Source: Mobula hypostoma (taxonomy: Eukaryota). Taken from it: 64,000 bases of DNA. Positions 34,684 through 47,945 of this stretch are shown one piece after another. Below the pieces are notes generated by a model. That model searched no databases. It was not told where the DNA came from and saw only the letters and a list, made by a program, of their open reading frames with translations. Position 1 is the stretch's first letter. Each line of letters begins with the position of its first letter. Location: the NCBI RefSeq assembly GCF_963921235.1, contig NC_086101.1, positions 8,372,001 to 8,436,000 on the forward strand, written 5' to 3'. The translations under genes and the position numbers were made by a program.

Positions 34684-37600
34684 ACATAGAGGTATAGAAA
34701 ACCTGCAGCACAATACAGGCCCTTCTGCCCTCAAAGCTGTGCTGAAGATATATATCCTTACCTTAGAAATTACCTACGGTTACACTTAGGCCTCTATTTT
34801 TTCTGAGCTCCATGTACCTATCCAGGAAACCCTTAAAAGACCTTATCGTATCCACCTCCACCAGTGTCACTGGCACCCCATTCCACACACTCACCACTCT
34901 CTGCGTAAAAAACTTACCCCTGGCATCTCCTCTGTACCTATTTCTAGGCACCTTAAAACTATGCCTTCTCGTGCTAGCCATTTCAGCCCTGGAGAAAAGC
35001 CTCTGACTATCCACACGATCAATGCCTCTCATTATCTTATACACCTCTATTAAGTCACCTGTCATCCTCCACCGCTCCAAGGAAAAAAGGCCAAGTCCAC
35101 TCAACCTATTCTCATAAAGCATGCTCCCTAATCCAGGCAACTTCCTTGTAAATCTCCTCTGCACCCTTTCTATGGTTTCCACATCCTTCCTATAGTGAGG
35201 TGACCAGAACTGAGCACAGTACTCCAATGGGATCTGACCAGGGTTCTATATAGCTGCAACATTACCTCTTGGCTCCTAAACTCAATCCCACGATTGATGA
35301 AGGCCAATGCACTGTATGCTTTCCTAACCACAGAGTCAACCTGCACAGCAGCTTTGAGTATCCTACGGACTCAGACCCCAAGATCCCTTTGATCCTCCAC
35401 ACTGCCAAGAGTCTTGCCATTAATACTATATTCTGCCATCATATTTGACTTACCAAAATGAGCCACCTCACACTTATCTGGGTTGAACTCCATCTGCAAC
35501 TTCTCAGCCCATTTTTGCATCCAATCAATATCCCGCTGTAACCTCTGACAGCCCTCCACACTATCCACAACAACCCCAATCTTTGTGTCATCAACAAATT
35601 TACTAACCCATCCCTCCACTTTTTCATCCAGGTCATTTATAGAAATCACAAAGAGTAGGGGTCCCAGAATAGATCCCTGAGGCACACCACTGGTTACCGG
35701 CCTCCATGCAGAATATGACCCATCTACAACCACTCTTTGCCTTCTGTGGGCAAGCCAGTTCTGGATCTACAAAGCAATTTCCCCTTGGATTCCATGCCTC
35801 CTTATTTTCTCAATAAGCCTTGCATAGGGTACCTTATCAAATGCCTTGCTGAAATCTATATACACTACATCTATGTTCTACCTTCATCAACGTGTTTAGT
35901 CACATCCTCAAAAAATTCCATCAGGTTCGTAAGCCACGACCTGCCTTTCACAAAGCCATTCTGACTATTCCTAATCATATTATGCCTCTCCAAATGTTCA
36001 TAAATCCTGCCTCTCAGGATCTTCTCCATCAATTTACCAACCACTGACGTAAGACTCACTAGTCTATAATTTTCTGGGCTATCTCTACTCTCTTTCTTGA
36101 ATAATGGAACAACATCTGCAACCCTCCAATCCTCTGGAACCTCTCCTGTCCCCATTGATGATGCAAAGATCATTGCCAATCTCCTCCCTCACCTTCCACA
36201 GTAGCCTGGGGTACATCTCATCCGGTCCCCGTTACTTATCCAACTTGATGCTTTCCAAAAGCTCCAGCACATCCTCTTCCTTAAAATCTACATGCTCAAG
36301 CTTTTCAGTCCATTGTAAGTCATCCCGACAATTGCCAAGGTCCTTTTCCGTAGTGAATACTGAAGCAAAGTACCCATTAAATACCTCTGCTATCTCCTCC
36401 GGTTACATACACACTTTTCCACTGTCACACCTGATTGGTCCTATTCTCTCACATCTTATCCTCTTGCTTTTCACATATTTGTAGAATGCCTTGGGGTTTT
36501 TCTTAATCCTATCTGCCAAGACTTTCTCATGGCCCCTTCTGGCTCTCGTAGTTTCTTTTTTAAGCTCCTTCCTGCCAGCCTTATAATCTTCTAGATTTCT
36601 ATCATTACCTAGCTTTTTTTAACCTTTCGTAAGCTCTTCTTTTCTTCTTGACTAGATTTGCAACAGCATTTGTACACAATGGTTCCTGTACCCTACTTTC
36701 CTTTCCATCTCAGTGGAACACACCTCTGCAGAACTCCACGCAAATATCCCCTGAACGTTTGCCACATTTCTTCCATACATTTCCCTGAGAACATCTGTTT
36801 CCAATTTATTCTTCCAAGTTCCTGCCTGATAGCCTCCTATTTCCCCTTACTTCATTTAAACACTTTGCTAATGTACCTGTTCCTATCCCTCCCCAGTGGT
36901 ATGGTAAAGGAGGTAGAATTGTGATCACTATCTCCAGATCTGAGAGGTCTGACACCTAACAAAGTTCATTTCCCAATACCAGGTCAAGTACAGCCTCACC
37001 TCTTGTAGGCTTATCTACAAAATATGATGGCTGAATATAGTATTAATGGTAAAACTCTTGGCAGTGTGGAGGATCAGAGGGACCTTGTGGTCCGAGTCCA
37101 TAGGACGCTCAAAGCAGCTGTGCAGGTTGACTCTGTGGTTAAGAAGGCATACGGTGTATTGGCCTTCATTAATCATGGAATTGAATTTAGGAGCCGAGAG
37201 GTAATGTTGCAGCTATATAGGACCCTGGTCAGACTCCACTTGGAATACTGTGCTCAGTTCTGTTCGTCTCACCACAGGAAGGATGTGGAAGCCATAAAAA
37301 GGGTGCAGAGGAGATTTACAAGGATGTTGCCTGGATTGGGGAGCTTGCCTTATGAAAACAGGTTGAGTGAACTTGGTCTTTTCTCCTTGGAGCGATGGAG
37401 GATGAGTGGTGACTTGATAGAGGTGTATAAGATGATGAGAGGCATTGATCGTGTGGATAGTCAGATGCTTTTTCCCAGGGCTGAAATGGTTGCCACAAGA
37501 GGACACAGGTTTAAGGTGCTGGGGTGTAGGTACAGAGGGGATGTCAGGGGTAGGTTTCTTACGCAGAGAGTGGTGAGTGCGTAGAATGGGCTGTAGGCAA

Positions 37601-39364
37601 CAGTGGTGGGGGCAGATACGATAGGGTCTTTTTAGAGACTTTTGGATAGGTACATGAAAAGGTTAGAAACATAGAGGGCTATGGGTAAGCCTAGTAATTT
37701 CTAAGGTAGGGACATGTTCGGCACAACTTTGTGCTGTAGGTTTTGTATGTTTCTATGTTTCTACATATTGTGTCAAGAAACCTTCTTGAACACACCTAAC
37801 AAACTCCGCCCCATCTAAACCTCTCACTCCAGGGACGTGCCAATTGATATTTGGGAAATTGATGTGTGTTGTTTGGGAAATTAAAATCTCCCACCATGAC
37901 AACCCTGTTATTAATACACCTTCCCAAAATCTGTTTCCCGATCTGCTCCTGAATGTCCCTGTTAATATTGGGTGGTCCATGAAAAACACCCAGTAGAGTT
38001 ATTGACCTCCTCCTTTTCTTAACTTGTACCCACAGAGATTCCATAGATCCACACTGTAAACTCATCCACTTTGTTCATAATACTCCTTGAATTAAAATGG
38101 ACTCATCTCAAACCATCAGTCTGAGTGCATCACTTCTCTAACACCTGCCTATCCTCCCTCTCGCACTGTCTCCAAGGTTTCTCTAGTTGTGAGCCAACTG
38201 CCTCTTCCTCCGTCTGTTCAGTCTGGCTCCCACCCCCCAGCAATCCTTGTTTAAACTCTCCCTAATGGCCTTAGCAAACCTCCCCGCCAGGATATTGGTC
38301 CCCCTGGATTCAAGTGCAACCCATCCTTTTTGTACAGGTCACTCCTGCCTCAAAAGAGGTCCCAATGATCCAGAAATGTGAATCCCTGCCCCCTTCTCCA
38401 ATCCCTTAGCCACGCATTTATCCTCCACCTCACTCAATTCCTACACTCACTGTCCCGAGATTACTACCTTTGTGGTCCAGCTTCTCAGCTTCCTTCCTAA
38501 CTCCCTGTAGTCTGTTTTCAGGACCTCCTCACTCTTCCTGCCTATGTTGTTGGTACCAATATGTACCACAACATCTGGCTGTTCTCCTTCCCACTTCAGG
38601 ATATCTTGGACACGATCAGAAACATCCCGGTCCCTGGCACCTGGGAGGCAAACTACCATCCGTGCTTCTTTCCTGCATCCACAGAATTGCCTGTCTAACC
38701 CTCTAACTATACAGTCCCCTATAACTGCTGCTATACTCTTCCTTTCCCTACCCTTCTGAGCCACAGGGCCAGACTCTGAGCCAGAGGCGCAGCCACTGTT
38801 GCTTTCCCCAGGTAGACTGTTCCCCCCAACAGTTCTCAAGCAGGAGTACTTGTTGTCAAGGGTAGAGCCACAGGGGTGCCCTCTAGCTCTGATTCCTGCC
38901 CTTCCCTGTCCTGATTGTTAGCCACCTATCTGTCTCCCCAGGCCCCGGTGTAACTACCTGCCTATAACTCCTCTCTAACACCTCCTCACTCTCCCTGACC
39001 AGGCAAAGGTCATCGAGCTGCATCTCCAGTGCCCTAACCTGGTCCATAAGGAGCTGCAACTGGATGCATCTGGCACAGATGTGGCCATCCAGGAGGCTGA
39101 GAGTCACCAGGACTTCTCACATCTGACACCGAGCACAGAACACCGGCCTCACACACATGCTTCCTGTCTGTATTCTACACAGATAATCTCCCTCGCCTCG
39201 ACTCGTCATCACCTCGACCCGTTCAGCCAAAGCCTTCCTACTCTGTCTCCCTCTACTCTATCACTCACTCTATAAAGCTGTCTCCATTTAAACTCTTCTC
39301 GCTGTTCTCACTGGCTGATATCCACGCGCTTGCATAGTCGTGCCCTGATCAAACTGCTGAAGAT
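34684..39364 (-). mobile_element. Near full-length decayed CR1 (ORF1 zinc-finger/coiled-coil + SGNH esterase; ORF2 endonuclease + RT)
   Basis: CARCIQLQLLMDQVRALE (38883..39107); VIGDCIVR...CLPGA...VVHIGTNNI (38447..38839); VGDFNFP (37796..38065); RT ORFs at 34763-36179; ATTTA on both sides (34679-34683, 39365-39369). Confidence 0.92.
37022..37765 (+). mobile_element. CR1 3' fragment nested antisense in the CR1 above
   Basis: ORF 37024..37584 and a TATGTTTC-type tail. Confidence 0.9.
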
Positions 39365-39699
39365 ATTTACGGAACAATTATACATAATTGGTGATTATAT
39401 AATATACAAGAAAGCATGGGAAAGTCAAGCTGTGAGAAAAGTAATAATTCAACACCCCAATCCAACCATAACTGACAAAACAAAATGCATCTTATTCTCA
39501 ATGAAAATTCTCAACAAAAACTGCAGAGCTGGAAATCTGAAATTATAACCAGAAGTGCCAGAAACACTCAGCAGGTCAGACTGCCTCTGTGGAGAAACTA
39601 TTCTCTATTCAGGTCAATGGCTCTTTGTCAGATGAGCTGTGACTCTGTTGTAATGTGAACGACGACACCGGAGACACACTGAAGTTAGTGAATACAGAA

Positions 39700-41922
39700 G
39701 GTTCTGAACTTAAAGAAGGATAACTTTGAAGGTATGAGACGTGAATTAGCTAAGATAGACTGGCAAATGACACTTAAAGGGTTGACAGTGGATATGCAAT
39801 GGCAAGCATTTAAAGATCGCATGAATGAACTACAACAATTGTTCATCCCAGATTGGCAAAAGAATAAACCAGGGAAGGTAGTACACCCATGGCTGACAAG
39901 GGAAATTAGGGATAGTATCAATTCCAAAGAAGAAGCATACAAATTAGCCAGAAAAAGTGGCTCACCTGAGGACTGGGAGAAATTCAGAGTCCAGCAGAGG
40001 AGGACAAAGGGCTTAATTAGGAAATGGGAAAAAAGATTATGAGAGAAAACTGGCAGGGAACATAAAAACTGACTGTAAAAGCTTTTATAGATATGTGAAA
40101 AGAAAAAGATTGGGTAAGACAAATGTAGATCCCCTACAGACAGAAACAGGTGAATTGATTATGAGGAGTAAGGACATGGCAGACCAATTGAATAATTACT
40201 TTGGTTCTCTCTTCACTAAGGAGGACATAAATAATCTTCCGGAAATAGTAGGGGACAGAGGGTCCAGTGAGATGGAGGAACTGAGGGAAATACATATTAG
40301 TAAGGAAGTGGTGTTAGGTAAATTGAAGGGATTGAAGGCAGATAAATCCCTAGGGCCAGATGGTCTGCATCCCAGAGTGCTTAAGGAAGTAGCCCAAGAA
40401 ATAGTGCATGTATTAGTAATAATTTTTCAAAACTCTTTAGATTGTGGACTAGTTCCTGAGGATTGGAGGGTGGCTAATGTAACCCCACTTTTTAAAAAAT
40501 GAGGGAGAGAGAAACCGGGGAATTATAGACCGGTTAGCCTAACGTCGGTGGTGGGGAAACTGCTAGAGTCAGTTGTCAAAGATGTGATAACAGCACATTT
40601 GGAAAGCGGTGAAATCATCGGACAAAGTCAGCATGGATTTGTGAAAGGAAAATCATGTCTGACGAATCTCATAGAATTTTTTGAGGATGTAACTAGTAGA
40701 GTGGATAGGGGAAAACCAGTGGAAGTGGTATATTTGGATTTTCAAAAGGCTTTTGACAAGGTCCCACACAGGAGATTAGTGTGCAAACTTAAAGCACACG
40801 GTATTGGGGGTAAGGTATTGATGTGGATAGAGAATTGGTCGGCAGACAGGAAGCAAAGAGTGGGAATAAACGGGACCTTTTCAGAAAGGCAGGCAGTGAC
40901 TAGTGGGGTACCGCAAGGCTCAGTGCTGGGACCCCAGTTGTTTACAATATATATTAATGACTTAGATGAGGGAATTAAATACAGCATCTCCAAGTTTGCG
41001 GATGACATGAAGCTGGGCGGCAGTGTTAGCTGTGAAGAGGATGCTAAGAGGATGCAGGGGGACTTGGATAGGTTAGGTGAGTGGGCAAATTCATGGCAGA
41101 TGCAATTTAATGTGGATAAATGTGAGGTTATCCACTTTGGTGGCAAAAACAGGAAAACAGATTATTATCTGAATGGTAGCCGATTAGGAAAAGAGGAGGT
41201 GCAACGAGACCTGGGTGTCATTATACACCAGTCATTGAAAGTGGGCATGCAGGTACAGCAGGCAGTGAAAAAAGTGAATGGTATGCTGGCAGTCATAGCA
41301 AGAGGATTTGAGTACAGGAGCGGGGAGGTACTACTGCAGTTGTACAAGGCCTTGGTGAGACCACACCTGGAGTATTGTGTGCAGTTTTGGTCCCCTAATC
41401 TGAGGAAAGACATCCTTGCCATAGAGGGAGTACAAAGAAGGTTCACCAGATTGATTCCTGGGATGGCAGGACTTTCATATGATGAAAGACTGGATCGACT
41501 AGCCTTATACTCGTTGGAATTTAGAAGATTGAGGGGGGATATTATTGAAACATATAAAATCCTAAAGGGATTGAACAGGCTAGATGCAGGAAGATTGTTC
41601 CCGATGTTGGGGAAGTCCAGAACGAGGGGTCACAGTTTGAGGATAAAAGGGAAGCCTTTTAGGACCGAGATGTGGAAAAACTTCTTCACACAGAGAGTGG
41701 TGAATCTGTGGAATTCTCTGCCACAGGAAACAGTTGAGGCCAGTTCATTGGCTATATTTAAGAGGGAGTTAGATATGGCCCTTGTGGCTAAAGGGATCGG
41801 GGGTATTGAGGGAAGGCTGGTACAGGGTTCTGAGTTGGATGATCAGCCGTGATTATACTAATGGCGGGGCAGGCTTGAAGGGCCGAATTGCCTACTCCTG
41901 CACATATTTTCTATGTCTCTAT
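39700..41922 (+). mobile_element. CR1 LINE, 5'-truncated, largely intact RT
   Basis: ORF 40548..41852 (434 aa): YLDFQKAFDKVPH, GVPQGSVLGP, KFADD; upstream ORF2 pieces at 39734-40502; TTCTATGT tail. Confidence 0.95.
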
Positions 41923-43552
41923 GTTTATTCAACAAAATCATGCAGCAGGCTTCATATTGAGACGCTGTTGAAGTGAAGGACCTTCCAACCCAACCCAATA
42001 TTACCTGACGTTTTTATATGCTAAAGATTAAACATAACAGCAGGACAATTCTATAGTTACAGTGTATCGACAATGCTTTCTTTGAATTACAAATAGTTTT
42101 CACACACCTCCTTCGCATGCTCACTCCAAACACCCAAAATGAACATTAATCAGCATTATCTGTGGTGCATCAACTCCAGTCCACAGGGAAACTATTTTAA
42201 ATGCAATCTACAATCTACATTCATATCTGAAGTTTGGTTGCTGGTGAAGTTAATATTTGCTGTAGACCCTGACTCCAGAATACATCCTGACAATTCCACC
42301 ATGGGCCAAAAGGAGAGGACTTAGATTGGCATGGGCCTGTTTCTGTGCTTTCGTCCAGCGTGTGGAATCATGATCCAGTAGACCACGGACGTAAGAGATT
42401 CTGTAGATGCCTGCAATCTTGAGCAACACGCAAAACGCCCAAGCTGACATTCAAGATGAGTCCCTTCAGGACTGGAAAGGAAAGGGGCAGAAGCCAAAAG
42501 GAGATGGAGGGATGGAGTACAAGCTGGTAGGTGATGAAATGTTGACTGTTTATTCCCACCCCACCCCATGGATGCTGACTGTCTTGCTGAGTTCCTCCAG
42601 CATTTCCTGTGTGCCCAGTGACTCTCTGGCCCTGCAGTTCAAAATTCCTGCTCTGTCAGCCTGGAGTTGCTCCAGCTCCACAGAATTCTGAACTTCCAGT
42701 ATCCTCCTAGCGAAGTTCCTCTTTATCTCCAGCTGAAATGAGTGACTCTTTGACTCTGAAACGATGTCCCGGTCCTGATCACGTCACCACCCCATGGGAA
42801 ACCTCCTTAAGGCGTTAGAAAGCCCTCGGGGTTCTATATATTTCACCAAAGATGCCTCTCATGAGCATCGGCCCAGGCCATTCAACCTCTCTTCTCACAT
42901 CCCAGGGATCAGATTCAAGAAGGCCCAAGGCTCTTCAGTACAAGTGTAAAGGAGAACAAAATGATTGTTTCTCTGGATGCAATGCAGCATAAAAAACACA
43001 ATAAAAGCACAATAAAAATATAAAAAATTTCCTATAAAGCACAATGTACAAGTAACTTTGAATGTAGCCTTATGTACTGTACATAAGATTAGCTTAAATC
43101 CATAGGCTGATTGTATGTACATAAGGTGACATTGAGTGCAGGAGTATCTGAGCATAAGTGACCCAGACAGGAACTAATAAAGTGACTCTTGGCAAGAGGA
43201 ACTCCTCTAGTTAGCAGCAGGGTCAGTGTAGGTAAGAGGTGTGGAGTGTAAGCGTAAAATGGCAATGCACGGGGTGGGGGCAGCTCAGTGGAAAAACCTT
43301 CACCGAGGACGGGGTAGTTCGTTGTTCTCCAGGTGAGGTCTTACCAACAACTTATAGAACCGTACTGCAGAAACCCTTCAGCCCATCTCTTCTCTGCCAC
43401 TACCCTGCCCAGCCGAGGTGAGCTGAAAGAATCCCGCTGTAAGGTTCAATAATTCGTTGGTGAGACCACACCAGCAGAACATACAAACCTGCTTTCCTCA
43501 CTGAAGACCAGTGGACCAGTAGTATATAAAGTATAGCAGTAGAATTAGGCCA

Positions 43553-46500
43553 CACACATAAAAGTTGCTGGTGAACGCAGCAGGCCAGGCAGCATCTCTA
43601 GGAAGAGGTGCAGTCGACGTTTCAGGCCAAGACCCTTTGTCAGGACTAACTGAAGGAAGAGTGAGTAAGGGATTTGAAAGTTGGAGGGGGAGGGGGAGAT
43701 CCAAAATGATAGGAGAAGACAGGAGGGGGAGGGATGGAGCCAAGAGCTGGACAGGTGATTGGCAAAAGGGATACGAGAGGGTCATGGGACAGGAGGTCCG
43801 GGAAGAAAGACAAGGGCGGGGGAACCCAGAGGATGGGTAAGGGGTATATTCAGAGGGACAGAGGGAGAAAAAAGAGAGTGAGAGAAAGAATGTGTGTATA
43901 AAAATAAGTAACAGATGGGGTACGAGGGGGAGGTGGGGCATTAGCGGAAGTTAGAGAAGTCAATGTTCATGCCATCAGGTTGGAGGCTACCCAGACGGAA
44001 TATAAGGTGTTGTTCCTCCAACCTGAGTGTGGCTTCATCTTTACAGTAGAGGAGGCTGTGGATAGACATGTCAGAATGGGAATGAGATATGGAATTAAAA
44101 TGTGTGGCCACTGGGAGATCCTGCTTTCTCTGGCGGACAGAGCATAGGTGTTCAGCAAAGCGGTCTCCCAGTCTGCGTTGGGTCTCACCAACATATAAGA
44201 GGCCACATCGGGAGCACCGGACGCAGTATATCACCCCAGCCGACTCACAGGTGAAGTGTCGCCTCACCTGGAAGAACTGTTTGGGGCCCTGAATGGTGGT
44301 AAGGGAGGAAGTGGGATAAGTTACATGGATAAGTGCCAGGAGGGAGGTCAGTGGGGAGGGATGGGGGGGCGAATGGACAAGGGAGTCGCGTAGGGAGCGA
44401 TCCCTGCGGAATGCAGAGAGAGTGGGGGAAGGAAAGATGTGCTTAGTGGTGGGATCCCGTTGGAGGTGGCGGAAGTTACGGAGAATAATATGCTGGACCC
44501 GGAGGCTGGTGGGGTGGTAGGTGAGGACCAGGGGAACCCTATTCCTAGTGGGGTGGCGGGGGGATGGTGTGAGAGCAGATGTACGTGAAATGGGGGAGAT
44601 GCGTTTAAGAGCAGAGTTGATAGTGGAGGAAGGGAAGCCCCTTTCTTTAAAAAAGGAAGACATCTCCCTCGTCCTAGAATGAAAAGCCTCATCCTGAAAG
44701 CAGATGCGGCGGAGACGGAGGAATTGCGAGAAGGGGATGGCGTTTTTGCAAGAGACAGGGTGAGAAGAGGAATAGTCCAGATAACTGTGAGAGTCAGTAG
44801 GCTTATAGTAGACATCAATGGATAAGCTGTCTCCAGAGACAGAGACGGAAAGATCTAGAAAGGGGAGGGAGGTGTCGGAAATGGACCAGGTAAACTTGAG
44901 GGCAGGGTGGAAGTTGGAGGCAAAGTTAATAAAGTCAACGAGCTCTGCATGCGTGCAGGAAGCAGCACCAATGCAGTCGTCGATGTAGCAAAGGAAAAGT
45001 GGGGGACAGATACCAGAATAGGCACGGAACATAGATTATTCCACAAAGCCAACAAAAAGGCAGGCATAGCTAGGACCCATACGGGTGCCCATAGCTACAC
45101 CTTTAGTTTGGAGGAAGTGGGAGGAGCCAAAGGAGAAATTATTAAGAGTAAGGACTAATTCTGCTAGACGGAGCAGAGTGGTGGTAGAGGGGAACTGATT
45201 AGGTCTGGAATCCAAAAAGAAGCGTAGAGCTTTGAGACCTTCCTGATGGGGGATGGAAGTATATAGGGACTGGACATCCATGGTGAAAATAAAGCGGTGG
45301 GGGCCAGGGAACTTAAAATCATCGAAAAGTTTAAGAGCATGAGAAGTGTCACGAACATAGGTAGGAAGGGTTTGAACAAGTGGAGGATAAAACTGTGTCG
45401 AGGTATGCAGAAACGAGTTCAGTGGGGCAGGAGCAAGCTGAGACAATAGGTCGGCCAGGACAGGCAGGTTTGTGGATCTTGGGTAGGAGGTAGAAACGGG
45501 AAGTGCGAAGTGTGGGAACTATAAGGTTGGTAGCAGTGGATGGGAGATCCCCTAAGATAAAGTGTGGGAGACAATGGCCTGATGGTCCTTAGTGGGGTCA
45601 CGATCGAGGGGTAAATAAGAGGAGGTATCCGCGAGTTGTCACTGTGCCTCAGCAAGGTAGAGGTCAGTACGCCAGACTACAACAGCACCCCACTTATCGG
45701 CGGGTTTAATAATAAGGTTAGGATTAGTGCGGAGGGAGTGGAGAGCAGAGCGTTCCGAAGGAGTGAGGTTGGAATGGGGACAAAGTGCGGTGAAGTTGAG
45801 ACGGTTGATGTCCCGTCGGCAGTTAGCGATAAAGAGATCCAGAGCAGGCAGAAGACCAGAGCGGGGTGTCCATGAAGAAGAGGAGGGTTGAAGACGGGAG
45901 AAGGGGTCATCGGTGGGGGTGGAAGAGTCCTTGCCGAAGAAGTAGGCTCGGAGACAGAGATGGCGGAAGAAAAGTTCCGCATCATGGCGAACACGGAACT
46001 CGCTGAGGTGTGGGCGAAGGGGGACAAAGGTGAGGCCCTTACTGAGAACAGAGCGTTCTGCCTCCGACAGTTGAAGGTCGGAGGGGATGGTAAAGACCCG
46101 GCACGGATGAGAGCTGGGATCAGAGGGGGGAGGGGGGAGGCTGGGGGTGTCAATGGAGAGGGGAGGGTTGGGGTGAGAAGAAGATGGAGCCTCTGAGGAC
46201 CCAGGAGCTGATGATGGGATCTGAAGGAGATGAGATTGCAGAGTATTGGTGGGGGAAGGGGAGACGGGAGTCACAATAGCAGCACATAAAGACCCGGCCT
46301 GGAGTTCAAGGCTGGAGTCGCAGTTGGTGGTTGCGCAATCACTTTGAATGTGTCTATGGTCGTTGCTGGAGTCCGGGTTTTGAATATGCCCTGATGTGTT
46401 GGAGCCGGCGAGATCAATGGCAGAGGCAATCTGAAGTTCATGCCTGCTAGTTTCATGGCCAGCAGGCTCTGGAGTCCGTAGATGTAGGATCTTGCGATCT

Positions 46501-47118
46501 TTGCCTAACATGACAAAGTCAAAAAAACAGCGATTGCAGGCGTGAATCCGACGGAGGATGAAATAACGGGTAGGACCATTACAGACGGTGAAGAAAGTGT
46601 CCCGAAGGTGTGGAAGGGTCTGGGATAGGGGCACCAAGTACCTCCTCATGGCGGAGAGAGTCGTCTTCAGAGCTTGACGGGAGAAGCGGCGAGAGGCAGA
46701 GTCAATAAAATGTGAGTACCTGGGATCCTCAGAAGGTCCAAATTGAGAGGCTCGGAAACGAATCCTAAAGCCAACTGGAGTAAGTTGGCGATGGAGGCAC
46801 GTTCCAAGAAAGGATATATGGCTGTGATAGCGAGTCTGAGTCAAAGTGTGGTCGAAAAGTTGGAAGAGCCGAAGAAATTACAGATGGGGAGCAGTGAGAG
46901 ATGGTTTCACTGAACTCCTGTCGAAGAGAGGATCTAAACTTCTTCGGTGTAGGCATCACCGGAAGAGGCTTCGCAGTAGTGAATTTAAAAACGCAAACAA
47001 CAGGAATTCTGCAGATGCTGGAAATTCAATCAACACACATAAAAGTTGCTGGTGAACGCAGCAGGCCAGGCAGCATCTCTAGGAAGAGGTGCAGTCGACG
47101 TTTCAGGCCGAGACCGAG
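43553..47118 (-). mobile_element. Near full-length Penelope-like element (RT + GIY-YIG endonuclease) with partial terminal direct repeats
   Basis: ORFs 45639..46844, 45036..45446 (MDVQSLYTSIP, GVAMGTRMGPSYA) and 43941..45032 (YIDD; VIYCVRCSRCGLLYVGET). The same repeat occurs at 43553-43650 and 46995-47115. 15-bp TSD AGTAGAATTAGGCCA (43538-43552, 47119-47133). Confidence 0.95.
43941..46920 (-). pseudogene. Penelope RT-GIY-YIG polyprotein disrupted by a few stops and frameshifts
   Basis: An in-frame stop at 45036-45038 separates two same-frame ORFs; further disruptions near 45450-45640 and ~46850. Confidence 0.88.
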
Positions 47119-47412
47119 AGTAGAATTAGGCCATCCAGATGCTCCACCACTCAGGTACAGCTGATTTATTATCCCTCTCAACCCCATTCTCCTGCTTTTT
47201 CCCCTCAACCTTTGATTCCCTTTCTAATCAAGAACCTATCAACCTCCACTTTAAATATTCCCAATGACTTGGTCTCCACAGCTGTCTGTGGCAATGAATT
47301 CCACAGATCCACCACCCTCTGGCTAAAAAAATTCCTCTGCATCTCTGATCATAGACTCTCCCACTATAGTAAACATCCTCTCCATATCCACTCTGTCTCG
47401 GCCTTTCAATAG

Positions 47413-47671
47413 GAAAGGTACATCGCGTCCGGAATTTGTCTGGTGAGCAGACGATTTCCCTCCACGCCTCTCTGACGTAGTGGGGAACCGTGTACGAGGC
47501 AAGTTACAGCAGAGGTTTGACATTGCCTTCTACCGGGTGAGTTGCCAAAGAGATCACCAGCTCATAACCCAGCACAGATGGAAAGCGTGCGGAGGAGTCA
47601 GCTGGATTCGAACTCGGGACCTTTTGTACCGAAGTCCGGCACTGATGCCACTATGCCACCAGCCAGGACTA
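47413..47671 (-). mobile_element. tRNA-derived SINE inserted in an old CR1 fragment
   Basis: Minus strand: A-box-like TGGCATAGTGG and B-box GAGTTCGAATCC; 13-bp TSD GGCCTTTCAATAG (47400-47412, 47672-47684). Confidence 0.82.
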
Positions 47672-47945
47672 GGCCTTTCAATAGCCGATAGATTTCAGTG
47701 AGGTCCATAGAACCATCAGACAGGAGATGAAATAGGCCATTTGGGCCATCAATTTTAAAATACCTTTGATCATCCAACTCATTCTTCTGAACTTCAGTGA
47801 GTACAGGCTCAGAGCCATCAAACATTCCTCATATGTTAAATACCAAAAGCAGTGAAGGTTTGGTTCACTGAGCTGAGCAGCTTCTCATTCTGGCTCCTGC
47901 CCCCTTTCTTCCCAGTCCCGATGAAAGGTCTCAGCTCAAATATCA

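Noticed and set aside
38447..38839. Stand-alone GDSL/SGNH esterase gene
   Set aside because: It is the known esterase domain of CR1 ORF1, positioned upstream of ORF2 in the element.
47600..47670. tRNA gene (A and B boxes)
   Set aside because: It is the head of a TSD-flanked SINE; no convincing cloverleaf.
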